A stretch of 64,000 nucleotides of DNA from NCBI GenBank assembly GCA_963514005.1, contig OY740789.1, positions 49,476,001 to 49,540,000 of the forward strand. Reading direction: 5' to 3'. The stretch is from Raja brachyura (taxonomy: Eukaryota). The position numbers and the translations under genes were made by a program. The notes beneath the pieces were generated by a model. The model searched no databases. It saw nothing but the letters and a program-made list of their open reading frames with translations, and had not been told where the DNA came from. Positions within the stretch are counted from its first letter, which is position 1; each line of letters starts with the position of its first letter. This document shows, in pieces, positions 38,735 to 50,040 of the stretch.

Positions 38735-40392
38735 GTGTGTAGGAAAGAACTGCAGATGCTGGTTTACACTGACGATAGACACAAAATGCTGGAGCAACTC
38801 AATGGGTCAGGCAGCATCTCTGGAGAAAAGGAACAGGTGACATTTCAGTTTGAGACCCTTCATCAGACTGAGAGTCAGTGAGGAGGAAACTAGAGGTATG
38901 AGAGGGTGCAGAGTGGGCGGGCGCGACTCACGTTGCAGCGGCCCCTACAGCCTGTCTGTCTTTTTTTTTTTTTTTTGTCTAGTTAAATGTAGTTGTTCGT
39001 GTTTTTTTTTGTATCGTGTTCCTAACTGTGTATGTGTGGGGGGGGTGGTGGGGGGGGGGAAACTTTACAATCTCTTCCCTGCACGGGAGACCCGACTTTT
39101 TTCCCTGTCGGGTCTCCGTTGTCGTTTTGGGCCCAGCACAGCGGAGCGGCCTCCGACCGGGATGAGCTGCGGACTCACCATCGTGGGGCTGGCCGGCCTC
39201 GGAGCGTGGGGAGCGGTGGTGGCTCGCCGGTGCAGCCCGACTCCGGGCTCCGGAACTCCGCGTGGGGAGCGGTGGTGGCTCGCCGCTGCGGCCCGACTCC
39301 CGACTCCGGGTGGACTGTGATATCGGGAGCTCGCGGGTCCGGGTGAGAGACCGGTCTCCGGAGCTCCCGCAACACAGCTTCTCCGGCCCGTGTCGCGGGG
39401 TTGGAGCGACCCGGAGCGGGGCCGTACATCGCCCGGTGCGGCTTCGGTGTCCGCGGGACATTCCAGCGGGACATTCCAGCGCCCGCCGGGGGCTCCAACG
39501 CTGTGACTTTGACTTTGGGCCTAGAGCGGGGCCGTACATCACCCGGCCCGGGCCTGGGACTTGGCACCGCCCGCCTGCAGCTTCGACCTCAGGAGAGAAA
39601 TGGTGCGGGGGAGAGAGAAGACTTTGCCTTCCATCACAGTGAGGACTGTGATGGATGTTTGTGTCAATTGAATTGTTTGTGTGTTTTTTTATGAATTGTT
39701 CTGGTTGTAGAAACGGAGTTTTGTTCGAGCCTCTCTGAGGTTCGAATGACAAGCAATAAAATCAAATCAAATCAAATCAAGAACAAATCATAGCCTGCAT
39801 CCATGACTCAGGAAGGGAAGGGTAAAGCTCTTTGTTAGCTTGGGACAAGGTGATAACGAAGAAATACAAAGGGTGAAATTAGTAAGGGAACTAGTGATGG
39901 GGGGGGGGGGGGGGGGGGGAGAAAGGGAATGCAGAGAAATCAATATTCATGCCGAAGATAGACACAAAAGGCTGTAGTAACTCAGTGGGTCAGACAGCAT
40001 CTCTGGAGAAAAGGAATTGGTCAATTTCGGGTCGAGACTCTTCTTCGGAATAGGTCAGAGGAGAGCGAAACAAGAAATGTAGATGGTGATGTAGAGATAT
40101 ATAGAACAAATGATGAACGATATGAAAAAAAGCAAAGATGATAAAGAAAACAGGCCATTGTTAGCTGTGGATGAGGTGAAAATGAGTTATAGCAAAAGGG
40201 ACTCAACAAGACAACTTTGAACAAAGTACAACGACTTGGGTGGGGGAGGGACAGAGAGAGCGGAGCTGCAAGGGTTACTTGAAGTTAAAGAAATTAAAAT
40301 CATGCTGCTGGGTTGTAAGCTGCCTAAGCAAAATATGAGGTGCTGTTCCTCCAATTTGCGTGTGGCCTCTCTCCGACAGTGGAGGAAGCCCA
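38735..40392 (-). mobile_element. Penelope-like 3' fragments (two subfamilies), interrupted by GC-rich element
   Basis: 40187-40393 translates GFLHCRREATRKLEEQHLIFCLGSLQPSSM (GIY-YIG C-terminus); decayed hammerhead cores near 38836-38867 and 40018-40047. Confidence 0.8.
38911..39780 (+). mobile_element. GC-rich non-autonomous retroposon (copy C)
   Basis: T-tract, G-tract, hairpin 39087-39117, internal tandem duplications, hairpin 39631-39654, aataaa then (aaatc)n tail. Confidence 0.7.
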
Positions 40393-41075
40393 TAATATCT
40401 CTATGATTCTATTCATTTCATTCCCCTTAAGACTAAAGAAGCTTTTTTTGCTGGTTGTTTTCAAAGTTAAGCTGCTGGGCTAAGGAAGCCTAAGAAGTCA
40501 TCAACACAATGAAATCATTAAATAAATGATGGTTTTTAAGACCAAGGCATCAGTCAAACCCACCTCACAACAGTGTGAAGCTTTCAAATGTCTTCTTTAA
40601 TTGAAGATAGCTCAACCAAGTGGAAGAATTTCCCTGTGCTACCCTGTCATGCTGCAGAGGTTTAAATAATACGATTACCACATCAGTGCAGCAGACATCA
40701 AAGCTGAGTGTCTCGTTTCTCTGCCACTTAAATTGCACCCTATCAATTGTTAAATTGTTATCATGAACGTAAGTATTGGCATTAAAAAGCGTACAAACAT
40801 TGATTTATCAATCTTTTAAATACTCATCAAGATGTTTGTTGTCTAAATGTGCAAGGAATCTTATTTATTTCAGCACAATAATGGTTAATATTTTTACAGT
40901 GTTTTGAAGTGCTGACAGTTTCACAGATTTGAATTCTACCACATGAAACATATGCATTATCTAATGATAACCTTAATTCTTGTTTTTTGATGTTTTTCTT
41001 CTAGGTACAATAACACAACCAATTCCTTTCCATTCAAAGTCCTTTTGTTTAATGTTTGAAACATTATCTGTATAT

Positions 41076-41530
41076 TGGGCGGCACTGTGTCGCAGTGGTA
41101 GAGTTACTGCCTTACAGCGCCAGAGACCTGGTTCGATCCTGACCACGGGTGCTGCCTGTTCGGAGTTTGCACATTCTTTCTGTGATTGCATGGGTTTTCT
41201 CTGGGTTCTCCGGTTTCCTCTCACATTCCAAATCTTCTTATTCTTGCGTATGGCGTGCACAGCCTAAAGTTGTTGGACAACTTGTTCTATTTGATCTTAT
41301 TTGATTGTGCACGCCAGGTTGATTGCATTAGTTAAAACAGGAAACATGTGAAGGTTGCAATCTCCCACACCACATTCCAAATATGTACAGGTTTGTAGAT
41401 TAATTGGCTTTGGTAAAAATTGTAAACTGTCTGAAGTGTGTAGGATAGTGCTAGTGTAAGGGATGATTGCATGTCAGCATGGACTCAGTGGACCGAAGGG
41501 CCTGTTTACATGCTGTATCTCTCAAGTCTA
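41076..41530 (+). mobile_element. V-SINE interrupted by 137-bp retroposon
   Basis: Head, V-domain and tail with insert at 41234-41370. Confidence 0.85.
41234..41370 (-). mobile_element. Short RTE-type retroposon with 12-bp TSD and HDV-like 5' fold
   Basis: TSD cacattccaaat at 41222-41233 and 41371-41382; 3' tail aagaataagaag; internal hairpin ggcgtgcaca/tgtgcacgcc. Confidence 0.75.
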
Positions 41531-41894
41531 TTGGCCACAATTAGCTTCATCTAACTAAACCACATTTAATTCATTTTTTATTTTTCATCTCCAGGGAACA
41601 ATAAGACATCACATACATAATGTAGGCAGAGGGGGGTGCTTTCCTTTGAATGCATTTCAATAAATCAAACCAAATTATGGGTTAACTTGTGATGCCTTCA
41701 GCTGAAGGTTTTCCCCAAAAGATTTGAATCATACGCCAGTGCAAGTTTTAAGAGTGTTTATTTTCCTTTGTATAACTGTACTAGTTAACTTAAGTGGTTT
41801 GTCTCTAATATATTCCTCATATGCAGCTCCAAGAACAGCTGGGATCATCATGAATAATATATAAGTCATGTCATGCCTTCTTGTGCACAATACC

Positions 41895-42082
41895 AAGCCA
41901 ATTAACTTACAAACCCGTACGTCTTTGGAGTGTGGGAGGAAACTGAAGATCTCGGAGAAAAGCCATGCAGGTCACGGGAAGAACGTACAAACTCCATGCA
42001 GGCAAGCACCCTTAGTCAAGATCGAACCTGGGTCTCCGACGCTGTAAGGCAGTAGCTTTACCATTACGCCACCATGCCACCC
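41895..42082 (-). mobile_element. V-SINE 5' part
   Basis: Head and V-domain. Confidence 0.85.
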
Positions 42083-42870
42083 TCTCTGTAATTCATCTCT
42101 GTAATTTTTTAAGTAAATGAAAGAAGCAATTCAATCACTAGCATCCAATACCTGACCAGACACAAGCTCGTTGACGAGAAGCATGATAATTTGGGGAGGC
42201 TAGAAAGCTCTCCAGTTGTGTAGATGATTGAAGATTGAAAAAAAACCCAAACAAGATGATTGCACTTTGGGTCCAAGCAAAATGATTGCTGCTGGAATCA
42301 GTTATAGCAAGTGCTTACTGGGTCACTAGACCTGCTTTTGTCTTGGACATCCGTGGCACTGGCTTTCATTTAAATATGCAGAAAACTGCTCAAGACCACA
42401 ATTCCACAACAAGGAGGAAAAATCTCATCTAGCTAATTACTAGAGCCAGAATTTTACCATAAATGCCATGTGCCTTTTCATGTCTTTTTTGATAATTTCA
42501 CCAAGATAATGCCTTTTTCATGATCGAGTGCCTAAATCAGTCTTTTTTTGCCGTTTTGCTAAAAGGTTGTGCTATTTTCTCTAGTTGTACCATGATTACA
42601 ATGACCGTTTTCTATGTTAACCCGCTAATATTAATGTTATTATTAACGTGTTAACATAGTATAATTTACAAGAAAACTTCCACCACCAGGTCGAAACCCG
42701 GGGCGCCACCATCGGTCGTTCATTCGTTCGTGCCGCTGCCCGCTGTTTTAATTTTCTCCAAGTTCATCATTCTCCAAGAAGGAACTGCAGATGTTTGAAA
42801 AATCGAAGGTAGACAAAAAATGCTGGAGAAACTCAGTGGGTGAGGCAGCATCCAAGGAGAGAAGGAATAG

Positions 42871-42902
42871 GCGACGTTTCGGGTCGAGACCCTTCTTCAG
42901 AC
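42871..42902 (-). ncRNA. Minimal hammerhead ribozyme core
   Basis: GTCTGAAGAAGGGTCTCGACCCGAAACGTCGC intact. Confidence 0.65.
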
Positions 42903-43059
42903 TGATGTGGGAGGGAAAAAGAAAGGAAGAGACTGAGACAGTAGGATTAGAAGGAGAGCTGGGAAGTTGGAGGGGGGGAGGTGGGAGAAGACAAGGGCTG
43001 TCTAAAATTAGAGGTCTATGTTGATGCCGCTGGGGTGTAGATTACCCAAGCAAAATATC

Positions 43060-43853
43060 CAAGCTTGTCTCCTCACTACATTTACTGCTGGCTCCAGTCG
43101 CAAAACTGAGTTTTCGAGTGGTTTGTGCAAGGCATTCATTGATGCTGGAATTCCACTGTGGAAATTTGAAAACAAATCTCTCAGGGGTGTTTTAGAGAAA
43201 TACACAGAGGAACATATACCAAGCGCATCATCATTATGGAAATGGCACCCGAGATTCCGCTACCTCCTCTGCCCTTTTTGACTATGTGGGGTACATAGCT
43301 CTCTGCTGTATTCTACTACGCTGTAAATTTTGAAAAGAAGAAAGAAATCGTCAACTGTTTTGAAGAAGAACCTGCTGCAGTCAGGATCGTCAGTGAAATC
43401 ATGCAGAAAAAGTCCCTCCACCGCGATCTTGTGTTTATTGTTTCCAATTTTGCAAACTTCCCACAAGCTATCACTTCCTTTGAGAAACGTGGTGAAAAAT
43501 TAGTGACTAACTTGCAGGTTTTCAACAAAGTAACTGACGATATTCATAAAGTTCTTGGCGATGTAGGTAAAGACATAGAAGGAAAATGTGAGAGAGTGAT
43601 TATAGCTAACAAAGATCTTGAAGAAATACAAAACATAGCTAAAGTTCTCAAAGGTAGTTGTAATGCACAAGATATCAATATGAATTTAGAGTCTGTAGCT
43701 TGTTTCGGGTATGCACTAATGACCTCAGCTGGGGTGGAAAGAAGTTTTTCACAACTGAAGTATATTCTGTCTGACAGACAGCATATTTTAACACCAGATA
43801 ATTTGAAAAAAATGCTAGTAATTATGTGCAATCAGGCAACTTTGGTCATTTAA
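43060..43853 (+). pseudogene. hAT transposase remnant
   Basis: LCKAFIDAGIPLWKFENKSLRGVLEKYTEEHIPSASSL; deletion; PEIPLPPLPFLTMWGT*LSAVFYY; YALMTSAGVERSFSQLKYILSDRQHILTPDNL (hATC-like). Confidence 0.88.
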
Positions 43854-44761
43854 TGTAGTATACATATATATTATTATTTTTAACCCTTGGTGGAAATAAA
43901 TGCTTTTTTATGCCTTTTTTTTGTCAATAAATGCCTTTTTCGTGCCTCTTTTGTAATTTTATTATGATTTTTTGCCTGCGTACTTCCGAGTTTTTTAGTG
44001 CCTAAACATCCTAGCTCTACTAATTACAATCCAATTGGTTTACTCTCAATCATCATTGAAGGATGGCAGGTGTTATTTCTAGTGCTATTGTGTCCCATTG
44101 ATCTGCTCACATAGATTACACCAGGTGGCAGATCTCGTTGCACTTTGGGTCCAAACATAATCTTTTGTTGCGTGATATACAGTCAGTGGAAAGACTATAC
44201 ACGATTACAATCTAGCTGGAGCAACTCAGCGGGTCAGGCAGCATCTCTGGAGAAAAAGGAACAGATGACATTTCATGTCCCTTCTTCAGACTGGGCTGAA
44301 GTTCATAAGTTGTAGGAGCAGAATTAGGCCATTTGGCACATCAAGTCTACTCTGCCATTCAATCATGGCAGATCAATCTTTCCCTCTCAACCCCATTCTA
44401 CTGCCTTCACCCCACAACCCTTGACACCCTTGCTAATCAAGTAACTGTTAATCTTCACCATTAAAATATCCCTTGACTTGGCCACCACAGCCTTCAGTAT
44501 CAAGAATAATGGAGGTCTCTTTTAATGGATGTGAATCACCTTTCCACCATTTCATACATAGCTTTAGCCATTTTCACTTTTTTTAAATCAGTGAACTTTA
44601 GCTTAGTTAATTTTAGAGATGCAGCGTGATAACAGGCCCTTCTGCCCACCGAGTCTGTGCTGACAAAAAAGGGCTATGCATGAGTGTTGCAATATTGCGT
44701 TGGGGAACGGGTTGCGTTGTGGGAACCAGGCCTCCCAACGGGTCCCACTTAGTCTAGAAGT

Positions 44762-45232
44762 AAATGAAAGTGACAGTCCACAATTCTCTGCAATTTCTTG
44801 CCGTCTTGGATGGAACTATGCCCAAAACATGCTGTGAAGCATCCTGATAAAATGCTTTCTACGGCGCACCTGGTGAGAGTTGCTGAACTTCCTAAGGTTT
44901 CTAAGGAAGTAGAGATGTTGGTGTGCTTTCATAGCCATTGCTTCAATATGGGTGGTCCAGGAGAAGTTGTTGATGATATTTACTCATAGGAATTTGACGC
45001 TTTCAACCATCTCTACTTTGGTGCCGTCAATACATAGAAACATAGAAACATAGAAAATAGGTGCAGGAGTAGGCCATTCGGCCCTTCGAGCCTGCACCGC
45101 CATTCAATGTGATCATGGCTGATCATCCAACTCAGTATCCCGTACCTGCCTTCTCTCCATACCCCCTGATCCCTTTAGCCACCGGGATACAAACCGGGAT
45201 ATGTGAACCGCTTCACTTCTTGAAGTCGATCA
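44762..45232 (-). mobile_element. Rex/Babar RT fragment with nested young CR1 3' end (45035-45182)
   Basis: Minus strand KAHQHLYFLR...AVESILSGCFTACFG...KLQRIV. Confidence 0.75.
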
Positions 45233-45243
45233 CTATATCTTAC

Positions 45244-45472
45244 TGACATCATTACTTTTTTGCATATCTTTCATTCATTTGTTCTATTTCTCTCTAGATC
45301 ACCATCTACATCTCCAGCTTCCCTTTCCCCTGGCTCTCAGTCTGAAGAAGGGGCTCGACCCGAAACGTCACCTATTCCCTTTCTCCAGAGACACTGCCTG
45401 TCCCGCTGAGTTACTCCAGCTTTTTGTGTCTATCTTCAGTTGAAACCAGCATCTGAAGTTCTTTCCTATGCA
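45244..45472 (+). mobile_element. Penelope 3' unit with hammerhead core (45340-45371)
   Basis: gtctgaagaaggggctcgacccgaaacgtcac; flanked by approximate TSD cactatat(c/t)tt. Confidence 0.75.
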
Positions 45473-45512
45473 CACTATATTTTTACATATTTTGTTGTGC
45501 TGCCGCAAGTAA

Positions 45513-46148
45513 AGGGCCTGTCCCACTGCGGGGACCTAATTTGCGAGTTTAGAAGAGTGTAGGAGAGTTTAAAAAAGTGTCATGGTCGTGTTGCATCGCC
45601 GAAGTAGAACACCTCCTCTGACCTCCTTCGACTATGCAGAGAACCTCCTACGAATATGTAGAAGATCTCCTTCGATCTCCTTCGACTATGTTGAAGATGA
45701 GCTTTGACTAGCTTTGGGAAAATCGGACACAGAATAGTGGAGAGTGAAGCCAACCATCTTCAACCACCTTCGACTATACTAACACTATCTACGACTACCT
45801 TTGACTACCTTCGATTACCTTCAACTATCTTTGACTACCTTCGATTGCTTTTGATTACCTACGAATAACATGCCAACCTACCACGACCTACCACGACCTA
45901 CTTACACGAAACTACGAGTAAAAAAATCGATTTTTTCCATACCGACCAATTTGTCTTGCGGACATTTTTCAGCATGCTAAAAAATACTCCTCAACCAAAC
46001 TGAGGCCTCGAGTACGTGGGAACTTCTCTCGAGCATGAAGGAGAGTTACATAGACCTCCTAGGACACGTGTCGACCATGCTTCGCATTTGAGTCGAGCGC
46101 AAACTCTTCTAAACTCGCAAATTAGGTCCCCGCAGTGGGACAGGCTCT
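45513..46148. mobile_element. PIF/Harbinger-type MITE
   Basis: 46-bp TIR agggcctgtcccactgcggggacctaatttgcgagtttagaagagt (1 mismatch); TAA TSD at 45510-45512 and 46149-46151; internal 11-bp repeats ttcgactacct. Confidence 0.92.
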
Positions 46149-47369
46149 TAAGAATGTCATTCTTCTGTCTGGGACATAGGATAGTAAAACACTCTTGAAT
46201 CGTCTGGCAAAGTCTAAGGAATGTGGAAGGCAGGGCTGCTGTCAGTGCCTAATGGCAGGGCTGCAATGTCACAGTTTCTGCTCCTGACCTGTGTTGCCCT
46301 ATTCCCTCAGTGCTGTAACGGAGACAGAAGCCAGTCACCTTGGATAGTCTTTTGTGCTGTGACTCCGTGATGACTTTTCAACTCAGCAGGCAGGCAAAAA
46401 TAGGGGGGGGGGGGAGGAAATGAAGGATCAGAAAGACATGTCTCCAATTCCTCTATTTACAGCCACTGGGGTTTAATGCGATCCATAAACTCATCTGTCT
46501 GTTTACATACCAGCAAATGATATGTCTCTTTGATCCACTTACATCTTCGAGCCTAATGTATACACAGAGCACTGGCACTGTGTAGACAAGACACGCAGAT
46601 AGCTGCGGGCTGTGTACTATCCTTGCTTCCACAGCAGACTGTCACTCTAATAAATAAGCATTCGTTTAGGCAGAGGGGTCTCGGAGAGACGAGGAGCCAC
46701 ATTGCGTGCAAATCCAGCTCACCGATCGGGCTTCCTTGAGCTTGAGCATGATCCTAACTGACATGTTACAGTAAAAGTACTTTATCAAATCAATATTAAA
46801 TTCACAGTCTCTGACATCCTGGGACGTCTAAGATAAAGGTGAAATAAGGCATAGAGTAAATACTGTAGTCCTACAGCCATGTCAGTAGCTCAAGCATTCA
46901 GTCAAGGAAGGCACTGGGGACTCCAGAGTAAATTAGAGCAGCACTCACCATATTTTATACGCGAGTCTTGACATCAATGAAAACATTAAAAAACTGCACG
47001 CAACTTTTACACCACAGAAAGGATTTGCTCAGCAAAAGACCCAGTGGGTATATGATTTTGCCCCTCTTTTATACTTTATAAGGTTCATTTACTGAAGTAC
47101 TTACATTTGACAAAACATTGCAGAGCATGTTATTTTTGACATTTAATAAAGTAGACGTAAGTCTCTTTCTGAATAATTTACAGGGCTGATTTTCTTGAGT
47201 ACAGATATGAAATTAAAATTAATAATTATCTGGCTTTCGTTAGGTAAGAGCTGTGAATGATAAATCGATGGGGGATACAGATCAGAGACTAAGATTAAGA
47301 AACAAGGGACGGGGTTGAGTTAAAGCATATATCGCTTTGGGGAAAAAAAGACATAAATTGCTGGAGTAA

Positions 47370-47699
47370 AAGCCCTGTCCCACGGTATGAGTTCATTCCA
47401 AGAGCTCTCCCGAGTTTGCCCTGATTCGAACTCGGAGATTTACGGTAATTGCCACTCGTCGGTACTCGGGGCTCTCGTGGACATTTTTCAAAATGTTGAA
47501 AAATCTTCACGAGTCTTCTCGTGCTTACCTGCCATTAGCGAGTCTCCCCGAGTACCTGTCGTTAGCGTTACGAGCCGCTAAGAGACGTCCCCGAGCTCCG
47601 ACGTACCCGCTACGTTCATTCTCCGTGCTTACCACGAGTTTGATTTTTTTAAAACTTGGGAGAGCTCTTGGAATTAACTCGTACCGTCGGACAGGGCTA
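47370..47699. mobile_element. PIF/Harbinger-type MITE
   Basis: TIR agccctgtcccacggta.gagtt.attccaagagctctccc; TAA TSD at 47367-47369 and 47700-47702; inserted in a mini-Penelope unit. Confidence 0.9.
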
Positions 47700-47799
47700 T
47701 AAGTCAGTGGGTCAAGCAGCATCTCTGGAGAACGTGCATAGGTAGATAACACTTCTTCAACCTAGGCACACCTTGAGGAAATTCCATAGTGGAGCAGTG

Positions 47800-47980
47800 A
47801 GAACAAGGAACTGCAGATGCTGGTTTACGAAAAAAAGGCATAAGTGCAGGAGTAACTCAGCCTATCAGGCAGCATCTTTGTAGTACATGGATAAGTGGCG
47901 TTTTGGATCCCGGCCTGAAACATCACCCATCCATGTTCTCCAGAGATGCTGCCTGACCTGCTGAGTTACTCCAGCACTTA
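47800..47980. mobile_element. Fold-back mini-Penelope unit
   Basis: taagtgcaggagtaactcagc...gctgagttactccagcactta inverted arms. Confidence 0.8.
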
Positions 47981-48681
47981 GGTTGATCGCAGCAGTGCAC
48001 CCATCATTGAACCAACTCCTCAAGTGGGGAACCAGGGTGGAGGTGGAGTCACTGGGATGCCATTGCCATTTACTGTCCTCACCTCCAGTCTAATACTACA
48101 TGATATTCCTGGCCATCAAGGCCATCAAGTACTACTGTATGTCATTGGAAACTCACCTTCTCTCGGTTGACGTGTACATTTTTAGGTGGTATTTTCCTTG
48201 GTCTGGTTTGTTGTTCTTTACAGAATCTGAAATTGCTCCTAAGTTTCAAATGTTAGGATGCTCTTGACATTGCAACAGTATTTGCTGAGTTTCCTTTTCA
48301 GAATTCCATGCTGGAAGGAAGAAGAGATTCCACAGACGTGTAATAAATGAAAGACCAAACAGAAAATATGGTGGCACGGTGGCACAGTGGTGTTGCTCTC
48401 TTACCGAGTCAGATCCTGATGGTACGGAGCTTTATAATCACACAGTGACCGAGTTCGATCCTGACTACGGGCAGGCAAATGGAACTAGTGTAGATGGGGC
48501 GTGATGGTTGGCGTGGGCAAGATGGGCCGAAGGGCCTGTTTCCACAATGTATGACTCTAGGACTCTATGAAATGAATTTGACTAGGTCAGAAAACAATGA
48601 GAGCGCACAACAAGACTTGCTGATAATGCCACAGGCTAGCACACGTTTCCATGCCCAGACCAAGTAAAGAGCAGCATAGTT

Positions 48682-48895
48682 TCGTAGTGGTAGAGTTGCT
48701 GCCTTACAGTTCCGGAGACCCTGGTTTGATTCTGATTATGGGTGCTATCTGTATGGAGTTTATATGTTCTCCCTGTGACCGCGTGGGTTTTCTACGGGTA
48801 CCCCAATTTCCTCCCACGCCCCAAAGATGTACAGGTTTGCAGGTTAATTGGCTTCAGTAAAATGTTAGTGCTGTATCTAAAGTCTAAAGTAAAGT
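48682..48895 (+). mobile_element. V-SINE (internally deleted)
   Basis: Head and V-domain. Confidence 0.8.
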
Positions 48896-49464
48896 CCGAA
48901 TACACCATAGGTCTAGATGACACCTTAATAATCAAGAACCTGTCAATCTCTGCTTGAAAAATACCAATGACTTGGCCTCCACTGCCGTCTGTGGTAATGA
49001 ATTCCACAGATTCACCACCCTCTGGCTAAAGAAATGCCGGAGGCTGTGCCCTCTGGTCCTAGACTCTCCCACTAGTGGGGACATCCTCTCCACATTCACT
49101 TGATCCAGGCTATTTGGTAAGTTTGGAACGAGTGAGTGAGTGAAAATCCCAAGCTTTGCAAAATGTTTTTAAAATTAACCAATTAATTTTGACCAGACAG
49201 CAATTAAACTGCAGAATGGGTTTGTAACGGCTGTCAATAACTTTTGTATGAAAAATGAACAAATGTTGTGCAGGAAATCTGGAAGAGTTTGCACATAGGA
49301 ATGAATGATATAACAGTAATGAAGCAGCCGTTTGGGACTCTTATTCAGTTGCTACACTTTAGGGATGTGATGGTGTTAAATTGGCCCACATCCCTGCTGG
49401 CTTACGGTCTGGTCCACAAAGACCCGATTCACAGATGGGATGGAATAATGAGCTGGCAATGAGT

Positions 49465-50040
49465 TGGAAGGAACTGCAGATGCTGGTTTATACTGCTAAT
49501 GAACACAAATTGCTCGAGTAACTCAATGGGTCAAGCACCAACTCTGGAGAAAAAAAATAGGTGATGTTGCAGATCGGGCCCTTCCGACTGAAATTAGAGG
49601 TGAGGTGAGGAGTGGTGGTGGTGGTGGTGGTGGGTGGGGAGGGGGGAGGGGGGAGGGGGGAGGGGGACTGGAGGTGAGTAAAGGCTGGAACAAATCAGGG
49701 GTGTATCTCAGGGAGGGTGGAGCCCATAATGGCCCATTATTGGCTGGGGAAGGGGTGATAACAAGAGGGACAAAAGGATGCTACAACTAGGGGGGAGGTA
49801 GGGTAAGGTGCAGGGAGGAAATGGGAGGGAATGCATGTGTTACTTGAAATTCGAGAAATGAACATTCCTAGCACTGGGTTGTAAGCTGCCTAAGTGAAGT
49901 ATGAAGTGCTGTTCCTCCACTTTGTGTGTGGACTCACTCTGGCAGTGGAGGAGGAACAAGACAGAAAGGTCAGTAGGGGAATAAGAAGGGTTAGTTCAAA
50001 TATATGGCAACCTGGGAGATCCTGTAGGCTAAGGCAGATG
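49465..50040 (-). mobile_element. Penelope-like 3' fragment
   Basis: Minus strand TKVEEQHFILHLGSLQPSARN-type GIY-YIG end, UTR and terminal unit. Confidence 0.75.

Larger units (their letters stand above)
42441..44019 (+). mobile_element. hAT DNA transposon (CGGBP1-related lineage), internally deleted
   Basis: 8-bp TSD ctaattac (42433-42440, 44020-44027); imperfect TIR tagagccagaatttt / aacatcctagctcta; transposase remnant; nested PLE 3' fragment 42776-43060 (minus). Confidence 0.9.

Noticed and set aside
38979-39752. 257-aa ORF and CpG-island-like promoter
   Set aside because: Lies wholly within a GC-rich repeat with open frames on both strands and a low-complexity Pro/Arg translation
44665-44757. 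Possible Helitron 3' end (partial hairpin then CTAG)
   Set aside because: Hairpin incomplete, CTAG not followed by T, and no 5' TC end or second copy in the window
45620-45910. Regular short repeats resembling a CRISPR-like array
   Set aside because: 11-bp tandem units without unique spacers, inside a MITE, in eukaryotic DNA
46722-46752. 31-nt minus-strand micro-exon (IMLKLKEARS)
   Set aside because: Poor polypyrimidine tract; expected by chance
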